Part shown: piece after piece, positions 7,548 to 15,563 of the stretch
Position numbering within the stretch: the stretch's first letter is position 1
Layout: every line of letters starts with the position of its first letter
Assembly (NCBI RefSeq): GCF_030253515.1
Contig: NZ_CP124549.1
Span: 90,001 to 122,000 of the forward strand
From: Candidatus Nanosynbacter lyticus
Lineage (GTDB): Bacteria > Patescibacteriota > Saccharimonadia > Saccharimonadales > Saccharimonadaceae
Direction: 5' to 3'
Length of the DNA: 32,000 bases
The notes under the pieces: generated by a model
Databases searched by the model: none
Seen by the model: only the letters and a program-made list of their open reading frames with translations
Told to the model about the DNA's origin: nothing
Position numbers and translations under genes: made by a program

Positions 7548-8627
7548 CTAGACATTGAACCGAAATTCGACGACATCGTTAGGCTGCATGATGTAATTTT
7601 TACCCTCAGTACGTATTTTACCCGCTTCACGGGCCTTAGCTTCTGAACCTGCGGCAACAAGGTCGTGGTAGCTAATGACTTGTGCAGCGATGAATCCGCG
7701 CTCAAAGTCTGAGTGGATGACGCCAGCAGCCTGTGGCGCCGTCCAGCCTTTATGTATTGTCCATGCTCTAACTTCCTTCTGACCTGCCGTGAGATAGCTT
7801 TGTAGACCAAGTATGTCGTACGCGGCATGGATAAGCTGCGACAATCCAGTTTCGGAAGCCCCGTAGCTATCGAGCAGTTCCAAGGCGTCATTATTTGACA
7901 ATTCTCTGAGCTCTTCTTCAAGCTTGGCACAAATAAATAATACTCGAGCTGGCGCGACGAGTTTGGCAAGTTTTTCCTGTAGGACATGGTCGCCGAGCCC
8001 CGCCTCGTCAACATTAAATGTATAAATAATTGGCTTGGCAGTGAGTAAATGAAGATCATTAATTATCTCATATTTGATATTTTCTATGGATGCTATCGGC
8101 GTACCTGAATTAAGTGATGTCAGGAGTGTTTCAAGGTATGTAGCGACCTGTCGTGCCTCCGGCTTGGCTTTGGCTTCTTTTTGGAGACGAGGCAGACGAT
8201 GTTCTATGGTTTGGATGTCGGCAAGGATAAGTTCGGTATTGATGATGTCAATGTCGGCTTGAGGGTTAATCGGGGTATTGTCGTGTCGTAATATATCTGA
8301 GTTTTCAAAGGCGCGAACGATGTGGATAATGGCGTCGCATTCGCGAATATTGTGCAGGAATTTATTGCCAAGCCCTTCTCCTTTTGAGGCGCCAGCTACC
8401 AATCCAGCGATGTCGACGAACGTTACGGTCGCGGGGATAATTTTTTGCGTATCATACAGTTTTGCGAGTACATCGAGCCGCTCATCGGGAACCGGTACGA
8501 TGCCAGTATTCGGTTCAATGGTGGCAAACGGGTAATTAGCCGCTAGAATATTATTGTTAGTAAGTGCATTAAATATGGTCGACTTACCGACATTTGGCAG
8601 GCCGACGATTCCGATTGATAGACTCAT
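7548..8627 (-). CDS. ychF: Ribosome-binding ATPase YchF (Obg-family GTPase/ATPase)
   Basis: 359 aa. G1 motif GIVGLPNVGKSTIFNALT, FVDIAGLVAGASKGEGLGNKFL, C-terminal TGS-like domain (RAWTIHKGWTAPQAAGVIHSDFERGFIAAQVISY). Confidence 0.93.
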   Translation of the reverse strand: MSLSIGIVGLPNVGKSTIFNALTNNNILAANYPFATIEPNTGIVPVPDERLDVLAKLYDTQKIIPATVTFVDIAGLVAGASKGEGLGNKFLHNIRECDAIIHIVRAFENSDILRHDNTPINPQADIDIINTELILADIQTIEHRLPRLQKEAKAKPEARQVATYLETLLTSLNSGTPIASIENIKYEIINDLHLLTAKPIIYTFNVDEAGLGDHVLQEKLAKLVAPARVLFICAKLEEELRELSNNDALELLDSYGASETGLSQLIHAAYDILGLQSYLTAGQKEVRAWTIHKGWTAPQAAGVIHSDFERGFIAAQVISYHDLVAAGSEAKAREAGKIRTEGKNYIMQPNDVVEFRFNV

Positions 8628-8634
8628 ATCGTGT

Positions 8635-8643
8635 ATTATAACA
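8635..8643 (-). promoter_or_regulatory. Extended -10 (TGTTATAAT on - strand) 7 nt upstream of the ychF ATG (leaderless-type)
   Basis: Reverse complement of 8635-8643 is TGTTATAAT. The ATG is the reverse complement of 8625-8627. No SD. Confidence 0.45.
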
Positions 8644-8691
8644 AATTATACAAACTTGCCTCAGTATATAATATGTATTAGAATAAGCAGT

Positions 8692-9186
8692 ATGAATAAG
8701 ATTATTGTCTCGCGAATATTTATGATAGTGGGTATCGTGTTGAGTGTCGGGGCGATAGTCGCCGTTATCATGATGGTGATGGGGCGATTGCATGTTGGAT
8801 TAAAAGAGCCGAGCCAAGATATCGCGCCAACCGCTAAGATGATATGTGGCGAGGATATGATAAAAGAATATCAATCAATTATCGCTGCACCGAATGGGTA
8901 TGGTCCGACAGCGCTTGAGGGGCTGGTGAAGAAGATTTCAGAGCGTGGCGGCCCGGGTGACGATACGGTGTGTCACTATATTGTGCTTCACGATGCATCA
9001 CTACGGAATGATCGCCAGCGGATTGATCAGATTCATCAAGGGTTGATCAACTCAATGAAGATGCGCCAGGCGGTCGAGCCGTTTTATCGACTGGGTATTA
9101 ATCAGGATACGGTAAAGGCACTGGTCGAGATCGGTAAGGCTGATGCGGGTGCGGGGAATAAGGATGGTACACCGGGTCAGGGCTAG
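8692..9186 (+). CDS. Hypothetical membrane-anchored protein (single N-terminal TM helix)
   Basis: ATG 8692 gives MNKIIVSRIFMIVGIVLSVGAIVAVIMMVMG... (TM anchor) and a 130-aa soluble part with 2 Cys. The ORF-track start 8554 would overlap ychF and was rejected. No family motif recognised. Confidence 0.55.
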   Translation: MNKIIVSRIFMIVGIVLSVGAIVAVIMMVMGRLHVGLKEPSQDIAPTAKMICGEDMIKEYQSIIAAPNGYGPTALEGLVKKISERGGPGDDTVCHYIVLHDASLRNDRQRIDQIHQGLINSMKMRQAVEPFYRLGINQDTVKALVEIGKADAGAGNKDGTPGQG

Positions 9187-10822
9187 GGTCGGACTGCGGC
9201 TCATTATTGGCTATATGCTGGCACTTGTGGTTGTCGCATCGACGTTGGTGATTATTGGTGCGGATAAAGCAGAGGCGGTGGACTGTAGCGGTTTGAGCGG
9301 TCGACGACATTTGATGTGTATTAATGCGCGCAATGATGGTGAACGGTTTGCGGTGCAATATATCTGTAAGGGCGGCGGAACGCGGTGCGGTGCGATGTGG
9401 ATGTCGTCGCCTGGGACGTCGTATACGAATGATGTTATTAACACTGCTAGCTGGAATGCGACGTCATTATCACTCGACTTGAGGGGGTCGGTGAATGGTA
9501 ATGGCCAGTCGCAGGCGCGGGTGTGGGCGACAAATGTAACGGTTAGTCAGAATGGTCGGACATTAGTATCTGGCGGTACGCTTGATCGTGGGACGCATCC
9601 ATCGGGCGCGTACCACTGGGTTGATGGCGGTAGCAGCATTCGAGTAAATGGGATTGATATATCTGGCGTAATTGCACCAGGAAGTTCCGGCCGTATCATT
9701 TTGCAGGTGCGGCGCTGTTTCTATAGTAGTCCAGGCGGTAGCGGTGTTTGTGCGACACAAGATGTTGAGGTGTGGATTAAGCGTGAGCAGGCGCCAAACC
9801 AATGGACTGTCGAAGGACAATCGCGAGTATCAATCAATGGTGGTAGTTTAGTGCAAAACGCGACCGCTGCGCCAGGACAGCGCGTACGATTTTTTCATTA
9901 TCTACGGAATAATTCTTCATATACGATTCCTCCCTACACCCTAAAGCGCATAGGAATTAATCAGGATGTTAATGGTACGACAACGCATCACGCGTGGGCG
10001 TCGCCGTATACGCATAGTGCTAGTCCGTGGAATACGTTTTATGAGCCGAGCGATGTTAAGCCATATAATAATGTCTTTGGGGCTGAGGGGATCGTGACGC
10101 AGGATGATGTCGGTAAAACAGTGTGTCAAAAGATTTTATGGCTGCCGGGCGCGTGGAATACTGATGGCTGGGGGGTCTCATCGAATGCCTGTGCGTCGGT
10201 GCCGTATGACTATGAGTTGCGACCTGAAGTGCAGGCGCCAGATTATATTAATGAAGGAACGATTGAGGTGAGTGGCGTGACTGCGCGAATTAATCATACA
10301 GGATCGACACGGTCAAATCGGGCAAATTATGCTGTGGTGCGGTTTGTGTTAAGGGGCGGTGGAAATTATACCGTGCCAGGCGGTGAGGGAGTTGTTGTGC
10401 CGTATGATAGACGTTCGCCAGGTAATTTAGTGGGCGATTGGGATTGTTATATCGCCAAGAACACGATTAAAAATAGTCGACCAGGTTTACAAGTGGCAGA
10501 TTGTACATCAAATAATTTGGCACGTAATGGCGCGGGAACAATTATCCAGCGAGGTGGGCTGGAAATTCCGCTCGGTAAGGATAATTTGAGTGGAGTGACG
10601 ATGACGACTGGTGACCAGTTGTGTTATATGACTATTGTGAGTACATACAACCAACATGTGAATACCAGTACGTTTCGCTATGCGGTAGACTGTGCAAAGG
10701 TTGCCGGACGGCCAAAAGTTCAGTTTTGGGGGGCGGATGTGCGAGTTGGTGTCGGGATAGACGGTAGTGCGGGTAACAATAATGCGGAAGTCAGGACATC
10801 ACTGACGAGGGTGAGGCGATAG
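9143..10822 (+). CDS. Hypothetical secreted/surface protein, Cys-rich (12 Cys), N-terminal signal or anchor
   Basis: 559 aa. N-terminus ...MVHRVRARVGLRLIIGYMLALVVVASTLVIIGADKAEA has a basic n-region, hydrophobic core and AxA. The exact start is uncertain (9143 or 9164). The ectodomain is rich in G/N/S/T/V with recurring GxxxC and C..VPYDY-type segments. No named family recognised. Confidence 0.6.
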   Translation: MRVRGIRMVHRVRARVGLRLIIGYMLALVVVASTLVIIGADKAEAVDCSGLSGRRHLMCINARNDGERFAVQYICKGGGTRCGAMWMSSPGTSYTNDVINTASWNATSLSLDLRGSVNGNGQSQARVWATNVTVSQNGRTLVSGGTLDRGTHPSGAYHWVDGGSSIRVNGIDISGVIAPGSSGRIILQVRRCFYSSPGGSGVCATQDVEVWIKREQAPNQWTVEGQSRVSINGGSLVQNATAAPGQRVRFFHYLRNNSSYTIPPYTLKRIGINQDVNGTTTHHAWASPYTHSASPWNTFYEPSDVKPYNNVFGAEGIVTQDDVGKTVCQKILWLPGAWNTDGWGVSSNACASVPYDYELRPEVQAPDYINEGTIEVSGVTARINHTGSTRSNRANYAVVRFVLRGGGNYTVPGGEGVVVPYDRRSPGNLVGDWDCYIAKNTIKNSRPGLQVADCTSNNLARNGAGTIIQRGGLEIPLGKDNLSGVTMTTGDQLCYMTIVSTYNQHVNTSTFRYAVDCAKVAGRPKVQFWGADVRVGVGIDGSAGNNNAEVRTSLTRVRR

Positions 10823-12832
10823 ATGGCGCTGCAGTTAAAAACCCACAGGTGGTGGATCGGGGTTGGTACCGTTGGGTTAGTGGTATTCGGAAGCCTTGGA
10901 GTGTATATCTGGCGTCATTATATCAGCGTGACGGCGCAAGTAGCGCCTGACGTAACTCACGTCGAGAGGGTGGTGCTAGCAGCAAGTACGACAACGCCAC
11001 CGGGCGGCAGTAGTTATGGCCCAGCCACGTCATATCACATGCCATGGGAGAAATATCCGGTTGGCGAGAGAGAGCAGATCGGCGGAACGCCAGAACGGAT
11101 TAGTAGTTGGCCAACGGCCGGGGATGGTGGATCTGACTGTCGTGTGAACGCAAATGCTACGACAGTGGTCGATGGTATTGGCGGGACGTTTAATTATGGT
11201 GGGTTTACGATGATGCCAACACCGATGTCTGGTAATCGGACAGTCGGTCAGGATAAATGTAGCGGATCGGTGTCAGCATGGACGGCACCGGACGGTGAAA
11301 ATAGCACGTCTTCGGCAACGCCAGCACCGAGTTGGTTTGACGATGTGGTAGCGGCCAATAGCGGTGGTCGAGCGGGTGGAGCATATGTTAATCCACGAGC
11401 GTATGGTGGCTGGGCGACGGATGCTAATGCCACGACGAAAGTACCATTTGGTGTACCTGCCCAGCGATCGGGCGTGACTGGGGCGGCTGAGTTTGCCGAA
11501 TGCGGCGGGGTTGCCAAGGAATCGGGGACATCGGCGTGGGCGACTGACGGGGCTTTTCGGCAGTCAATGTATGATCAAGGCGGCCAATCAAAGCCGCTCT
11601 GGGGCGCGCGCTGTAAGGACGAGACAAAGTTGAAAGAGGTGCTGACTCGGCGTCATAATGCGCCGCAAGCTGATACCAACGGTGGAAATTACGTGAAGTC
11701 GTCTGGTATAACACTATTTCGGCAGAAATTCCGGCTGACGAGCCAGCAGCTTGAAGAGATTCGCCAGCTGGATTTATTGAACGACGGACGATCGGGATTA
11801 TACTTGCGTTTGGCGGTTGATGATTATGCTGCGGTATACATTAATGGCAAGCCAGTCTTTGCCAATCCGAAAGCGTCGTCTGGTGTCGAGATGAAGAGAA
11901 TCATCGCGGATTATTTACGGGCTGGTGATAATGTGATTGCTCTAGAGGTGCAAGATGCGATTGCTCCAACTAGCCTCGCCAATGCTAATGCGGCTGCTCG
12001 GTGGCTGCTCGGTGTGTATGCGCCAAAGGGGTGGCAGCCAGTGCCAGGGGAGCCGCGGCTATACGGATCGTGGGCAGAATATGCCATCAGTGCGCCTGGA
12101 CAAATTATTTCCTCTTCGGGAGCAGGACTATCATCTACGCCGACAGGGCGAACGGGGGCGATTGAGGCACGGCAATATAATGATCTGACGTTTCAGAACA
12201 CTAACACCCCGTTTGGTAATTTCCGTGACAAGATGCCGACCGTGCGAACACCTGATGCCTATTTTACGAACACGGGAAATTTGTCTGGGGCGGTGTCTAT
12301 GAGCGACGTGGCTAGTGGCGTGTATCAGGCTGGCAATCTGACAATTACCGGAGGAGAAATTAAGCGTGGCCGGCAAATTGTTATCAAATCGGGCGGCGTG
12401 GTGACTATCAAGGGTGACGTAAAGCAGGAGGGCGGTAACTATTCGGCGGCTCGAGATTTGCCACAGCTGATTATCAGCGCTCGGCATATTATCATTGAGC
12501 CGAATGTCACGCAGCTTGATGCTTGGCTGGTGGCCAAGAATGGTACAATCAATACCTGTGATACCATAGTTCGTGATAGTCGTCAGTGGCTGTTGGGGCT
12601 GGATGCAAAAACCTGCGAAAAACAGCTGCGGATCAACGGTCCGATTATCGCGAAGCACCTCTTTTTGCGTCGTACCTTTACCAAGGGTGGCGATACCTCT
12701 GGCAATAATCCGGGCGAGCCGGCGGAAATATTGAATTTGCGTGCTGATGCATATTTGTGGGGAAATGAGCGGTCGAAAGAATCGGGGGCTATCAAAACGA
12801 TGCATCTAAAAGAGCTACCGCCACGATTTTAA
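10823..12832 (+). CDS. Hypothetical membrane-anchored surface protein with a jelly-roll-like (galactose-binding-like) segment and a repetitive beta-rich C-terminus
   Basis: 669 aa. The ATG directly abuts the upstream TAG, with the SD GAGGGTGAGG inside the upstream gene. N-terminal TM: WWIGVGTVGLVVFGSLGVYIW. Segment LYLRLAVDDYAAVYINGKPVF...YLRAGDNVIALEVQD resembles sugar-binding jelly-roll domains. C-terminus: GNLTITGGEIKRGRQIVIKSGGVVTIKGDV. 6 Cys. Confidence 0.65.
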   Translation: MALQLKTHRWWIGVGTVGLVVFGSLGVYIWRHYISVTAQVAPDVTHVERVVLAASTTTPPGGSSYGPATSYHMPWEKYPVGEREQIGGTPERISSWPTAGDGGSDCRVNANATTVVDGIGGTFNYGGFTMMPTPMSGNRTVGQDKCSGSVSAWTAPDGENSTSSATPAPSWFDDVVAANSGGRAGGAYVNPRAYGGWATDANATTKVPFGVPAQRSGVTGAAEFAECGGVAKESGTSAWATDGAFRQSMYDQGGQSKPLWGARCKDETKLKEVLTRRHNAPQADTNGGNYVKSSGITLFRQKFRLTSQQLEEIRQLDLLNDGRSGLYLRLAVDDYAAVYINGKPVFANPKASSGVEMKRIIADYLRAGDNVIALEVQDAIAPTSLANANAAARWLLGVYAPKGWQPVPGEPRLYGSWAEYAISAPGQIISSSGAGLSSTPTGRTGAIEARQYNDLTFQNTNTPFGNFRDKMPTVRTPDAYFTNTGNLSGAVSMSDVASGVYQAGNLTITGGEIKRGRQIVIKSGGVVTIKGDVKQEGGNYSAARDLPQLIISARHIIIEPNVTQLDAWLVAKNGTINTCDTIVRDSRQWLLGLDAKTCEKQLRINGPIIAKHLFLRRTFTKGGDTSGNNPGEPAEILNLRADAYLWGNERSKESGAIKTMHLKELPPRF

Positions 12833-12836
12833 GGGT

Positions 12837-12864
12837 TTTACATTTCAATATGCTTATGTATAAT
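12837..12864 (+). promoter_or_regulatory. Promoter TTTACA-16-TATAAT, 8 nt upstream of the pilM ATG (leaderless-type)
   Basis: TTTACA 12837-12842, TATAAT 12859-12864, ATG 12873. The intervening AGAATAGT has no SD. Confidence 0.5.
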
Positions 12865-12872
12865 AGAATAGT

Positions 12873-13919
12873 ATGAAATTAGCTAAAGGGCTGGGCGACT
12901 TTTTCGGATTAGACATCGGGACGAATGCGGTGCGTGTCGTTCAGTTGGCACGAACGAGCAACGGATGGAATCTGCTGCACTATGGTTATGCACCTGTTGA
13001 CCCGAAGGTTACGGGTAGTGATTCGCCAGAGGCGCAGCGTAAGCTTGGTGAAGTGATCATGACTGCTGTCGGACAGAGCGGTATCAAGACGCAAAATGTA
13101 GCGATTGGACTACCGTCGAGCAAGACCTTTACGGCGATTATTGATGTGCCAAAAGTGTCAGACCAAGAGCTAAAGGCGACCATGAAATACCAGGTCGATC
13201 AGTACATTCCTATGGCGATTGAGGATGCCAAGGTTGATTGGGCGCTGCTCGGTGACAGTTTGCGCGAGCAAGGCCAGTATGAGGTGTTATTGACGAGTGC
13301 AGCGATTAGCTATGTCGAGGAGCGGCTTGAGTTCATCGAAGGTCTTGGCTTTAATGTGGTTGCTGAGGAGCCGGATCCGATCGCGATGCTTCGGGCATTA
13401 GCGCCGACTGATGGAGCGACCGCAAAGTTAGTACTAGATATGGGCGAACACTCGACCGATTTGGCGGTCATTTATGGCGATATGCCGCGGTTAGTGCGCA
13501 CGGTGCCGAGCGGATTGCAGGCGTTGGTGCGAGCGGCGGTGCAAAATCTCAACGTGCAGGATGATCAGGCTCGCCAGTTTATTATCAAGTTTGGTTTGGC
13601 GCCTGACCGGCTTGAAGGGCAAGTCCTCAGGGCGATTGACGGCGTGCTGGATAACTTTGCGACCGAGCTGACCAAATCAATCAAGTTCTTTCAGACGCGC
13701 TATCCGAGTATTTCCGTGTCAGGAATTCTGCTGTCAGGCTTTGGCGCGGCGATACCGATGATGGATAATTATATTGCTAGCAAGACCGGCATACCGGCGA
13801 CTACGGCTGATCCGTGGCAGCATGTCAGCCTTGGGCAGGCCGATCAGCAAAAATTAGCACCAATTGCCTCGGAGTTTGCGACGGTTGTTGGTCTAGCGCA
13901 GCGGAGGAGTGGGTCGTGA
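12873..13919 (+). CDS. pilM: Type IV pilus assembly protein PilM (actin-like ATPase fold)
   Basis: 348 aa. N-terminal GLDIGTNAVRVVQL (actin/HSP70 phosphate-1-like), LVLDMGEHSTDLAVI. Position is directly upstream of pilN with a GTGA overlap. Confidence 0.88.
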   Translation: MKLAKGLGDFFGLDIGTNAVRVVQLARTSNGWNLLHYGYAPVDPKVTGSDSPEAQRKLGEVIMTAVGQSGIKTQNVAIGLPSSKTFTAIIDVPKVSDQELKATMKYQVDQYIPMAIEDAKVDWALLGDSLREQGQYEVLLTSAAISYVEERLEFIEGLGFNVVAEEPDPIAMLRALAPTDGATAKLVLDMGEHSTDLAVIYGDMPRLVRTVPSGLQALVRAAVQNLNVQDDQARQFIIKFGLAPDRLEGQVLRAIDGVLDNFATELTKSIKFFQTRYPSISVSGILLSGFGAAIPMMDNYIASKTGIPATTADPWQHVSLGQADQQKLAPIASEFATVVGLAQRRSGS

Positions 13920-14647
13920 TTGAGATTAACTTGATTCCCGATGTCAAGCGCGAGCTGCTTCGGGCAAAAATGATGCGCAACACCGTGACAGCGATGTCGA
14001 TAACCGTCAGCATGATCGCGGTCGGGGTGGCGGTTGCCCTCGGCTTAATCTTTGGTGGTCAGATAGCCTTAGAGGCACTGCATGATGGAACAATTAAGAG
14101 TAAGACGCGCGAGCTGACGTCGATCGAAGATCTCGATAAGTTAGTGACCATCCAGCATCAGCTGGCGACAATTAACAAACTATCAAGTGAGCGTCAGGCC
14201 GATTCGCGACTATTTGACGTGATGACGGCAGTCAATCCGGTGGCGCCAAATAGTATTAAAATTGCGACGCTAAAGCTCAAACCAGAGTCACGGACAATTA
14301 CTATTGAGGGATCAGCCGAGAATGGCTATATCGCGCTGGAGATATTTAAGAAGACGATTACTAATACGACTGTGCAGACAACACAAAATGGGCAAGAGGT
14401 TAAACAACCGCTGGCTGAGAATCTGCAGGCGGGTGAGGCTAGCTTTGGTGAAGATGCCAACGGTAAGAAGGTGTTGCGCTTCTCGTTCACGTTTACCTAT
14501 CCGGCAGAATTATTCTCGAAAACGAGTAGCTCAGTGGTGATTGCGACGCCAAACGGTAAAGTTGATGTGACTGATTCGCGGCTGGGGGTGCCAGAGAGCC
14601 TATTTGCCAAGAAGCCAAAAGACGCTTCAAATAAGGAGAAAAACTAA
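13916..14647 (+). CDS. pilN: Type IV pilus assembly protein PilN
   Basis: GTG 13916 is preceded by GGAGGAG (13903-13909) and overlaps the pilM stop. N-terminus VIEINLIPDVKRELLRAKMMRN followed by a TM helix is the PilN signature (INLLP motif). The ORF-track start 13814 lies inside pilM and was rejected. Confidence 0.8.
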   Translation: MIEINLIPDVKRELLRAKMMRNTVTAMSITVSMIAVGVAVALGLIFGGQIALEALHDGTIKSKTRELTSIEDLDKLVTIQHQLATINKLSSERQADSRLFDVMTAVNPVAPNSIKIATLKLKPESRTITIEGSAENGYIALEIFKKTITNTTVQTTQNGQEVKQPLAENLQAGEASFGEDANGKKVLRFSFTFTYPAELFSKTSSSVVIATPNGKVDVTDSRLGVPESLFAKKPKDASNKEKN

Positions 14648-15324
14648 TGCCTGAAAATAAAGACGTTGCCATCCGTAAGCGCCAGCAGATTGATTCATCA
14701 AAGAAAACCATGTTTCTGTTCGTGGCGGGTGCGGCATTTGTTAGCGGGGTAGCGATTGTGGTGTCGTTCTTCCTCGTGCGGCAGATTTTGTTTCATGGCG
14801 CAGTTGTCCTTGCGAAGCAAGACACCATCAACACACTGGAGAATAATAAAAAGGCGGCCGAGTCGCTCAAAGATAATGTGCGTTCACTAGAGGCGAATGA
14901 GGCGCTTAACTCAGTGAAGTTAAAGGATAGTAGTAGTCCATTGCAGACGATTCTTGATGCACTGCCGGCTAGTGCGAATGCCGATGCGCTTGGTGCATCC
15001 ATCCAGAAGAAGTTCGTTAATGGCATCGCCGGTCTGTCACTAGAAAGTATCTCGGTCCACTATACGGCGAATGAGTCGGGTGCGGAGCAAGAGGACGCTG
15101 GTGATGGTCGCTCGGCGGTGAGTTTTACCATGACAGTGAGCGGCACGTCATCGAGCCTCAAGGAGCTATTGACGCGCTTTGAAAAATCAATTCGGGTTAT
15201 CAATATTACCGAGATCGAGATGCAGGCCAGCGAGGACGGCAAGATGACGATGGATATCTCTGGCAAGGCTTATTTTGAGCCGGCGCAAAAAGTTGGATTA
15301 GGAAAGAAGGTGATCAAGCCATGA
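14647..15324 (+). CDS. pilO: PilO-like type IV pilus assembly protein (bitopic, coiled-coil plus C-terminal domain)
   Basis: 225 aa. TAATG overlap with pilN. Short cytoplasmic N-terminus, TM helix MFLFVAGAAFVSGVAIVVSFFLV, predicted coiled-coil (NTLENNKKAAESLKDNVRSLEANEAL). Assigned mainly by architecture and position. Confidence 0.55.
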   Translation: MPENKDVAIRKRQQIDSSKKTMFLFVAGAAFVSGVAIVVSFFLVRQILFHGAVVLAKQDTINTLENNKKAAESLKDNVRSLEANEALNSVKLKDSSSPLQTILDALPASANADALGASIQKKFVNGIAGLSLESISVHYTANESGAEQEDAGDGRSAVSFTMTVSGTSSSLKELLTRFEKSIRVINITEIEMQASEDGKMTMDISGKAYFEPAQKVGLGKKVIKP

Positions 15325-15551
15325 AGAAGAGCGATATAGCAATGATTGTGTTGATAGCCAGTCTCGGCGTTGTAGTGGCATATTTCGTTGCCAGTAGTAT
15401 TCCGTTCTTGCGCGTACCATCATCGGGTGTAGAAGTACAGACGATATCAAAAATTAGTCCAGATATTGAGCAGCCGGATAAGGCAGTGTTTCATCGCGAT
15501 GCTATTAACCCAACGGTGGAAGCAATTGTTGGTAAAGCGACTGGTAGTTAG
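15321..15551 (+). CDS. Small single-pass membrane protein of unknown function inside the pilus operon
   Basis: 76 aa. ATGA overlap with the pilO-like gene. TM helix IAMIVLIASLGVVVAYFVASSI. Ends 12 nt before pilB. Confidence 0.5.
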   Translation: MKKSDIAMIVLIASLGVVVAYFVASSIPFLRVPSSGVEVQTISKISPDIEQPDKAVFHRDAINPTVEAIVGKATGS

Positions 15552-15563
15552 CGCGGAGGTGAT

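Noticed and set aside
8554-8691. 5' extensions proposed by the ORF track: 8554 for the 164-aa protein, 13814 for pilN, 26383 for the SurA-like protein, 4411 for rpsF, 6721 for tlyA, 19685 for pilA, 21837 for the second pilin-like gene.
   Set aside because: The extensions overlap upstream genes or promoters and add non-homologous residues. Internal starts have proper SDs or -10 boxes and yield canonical N-termini.
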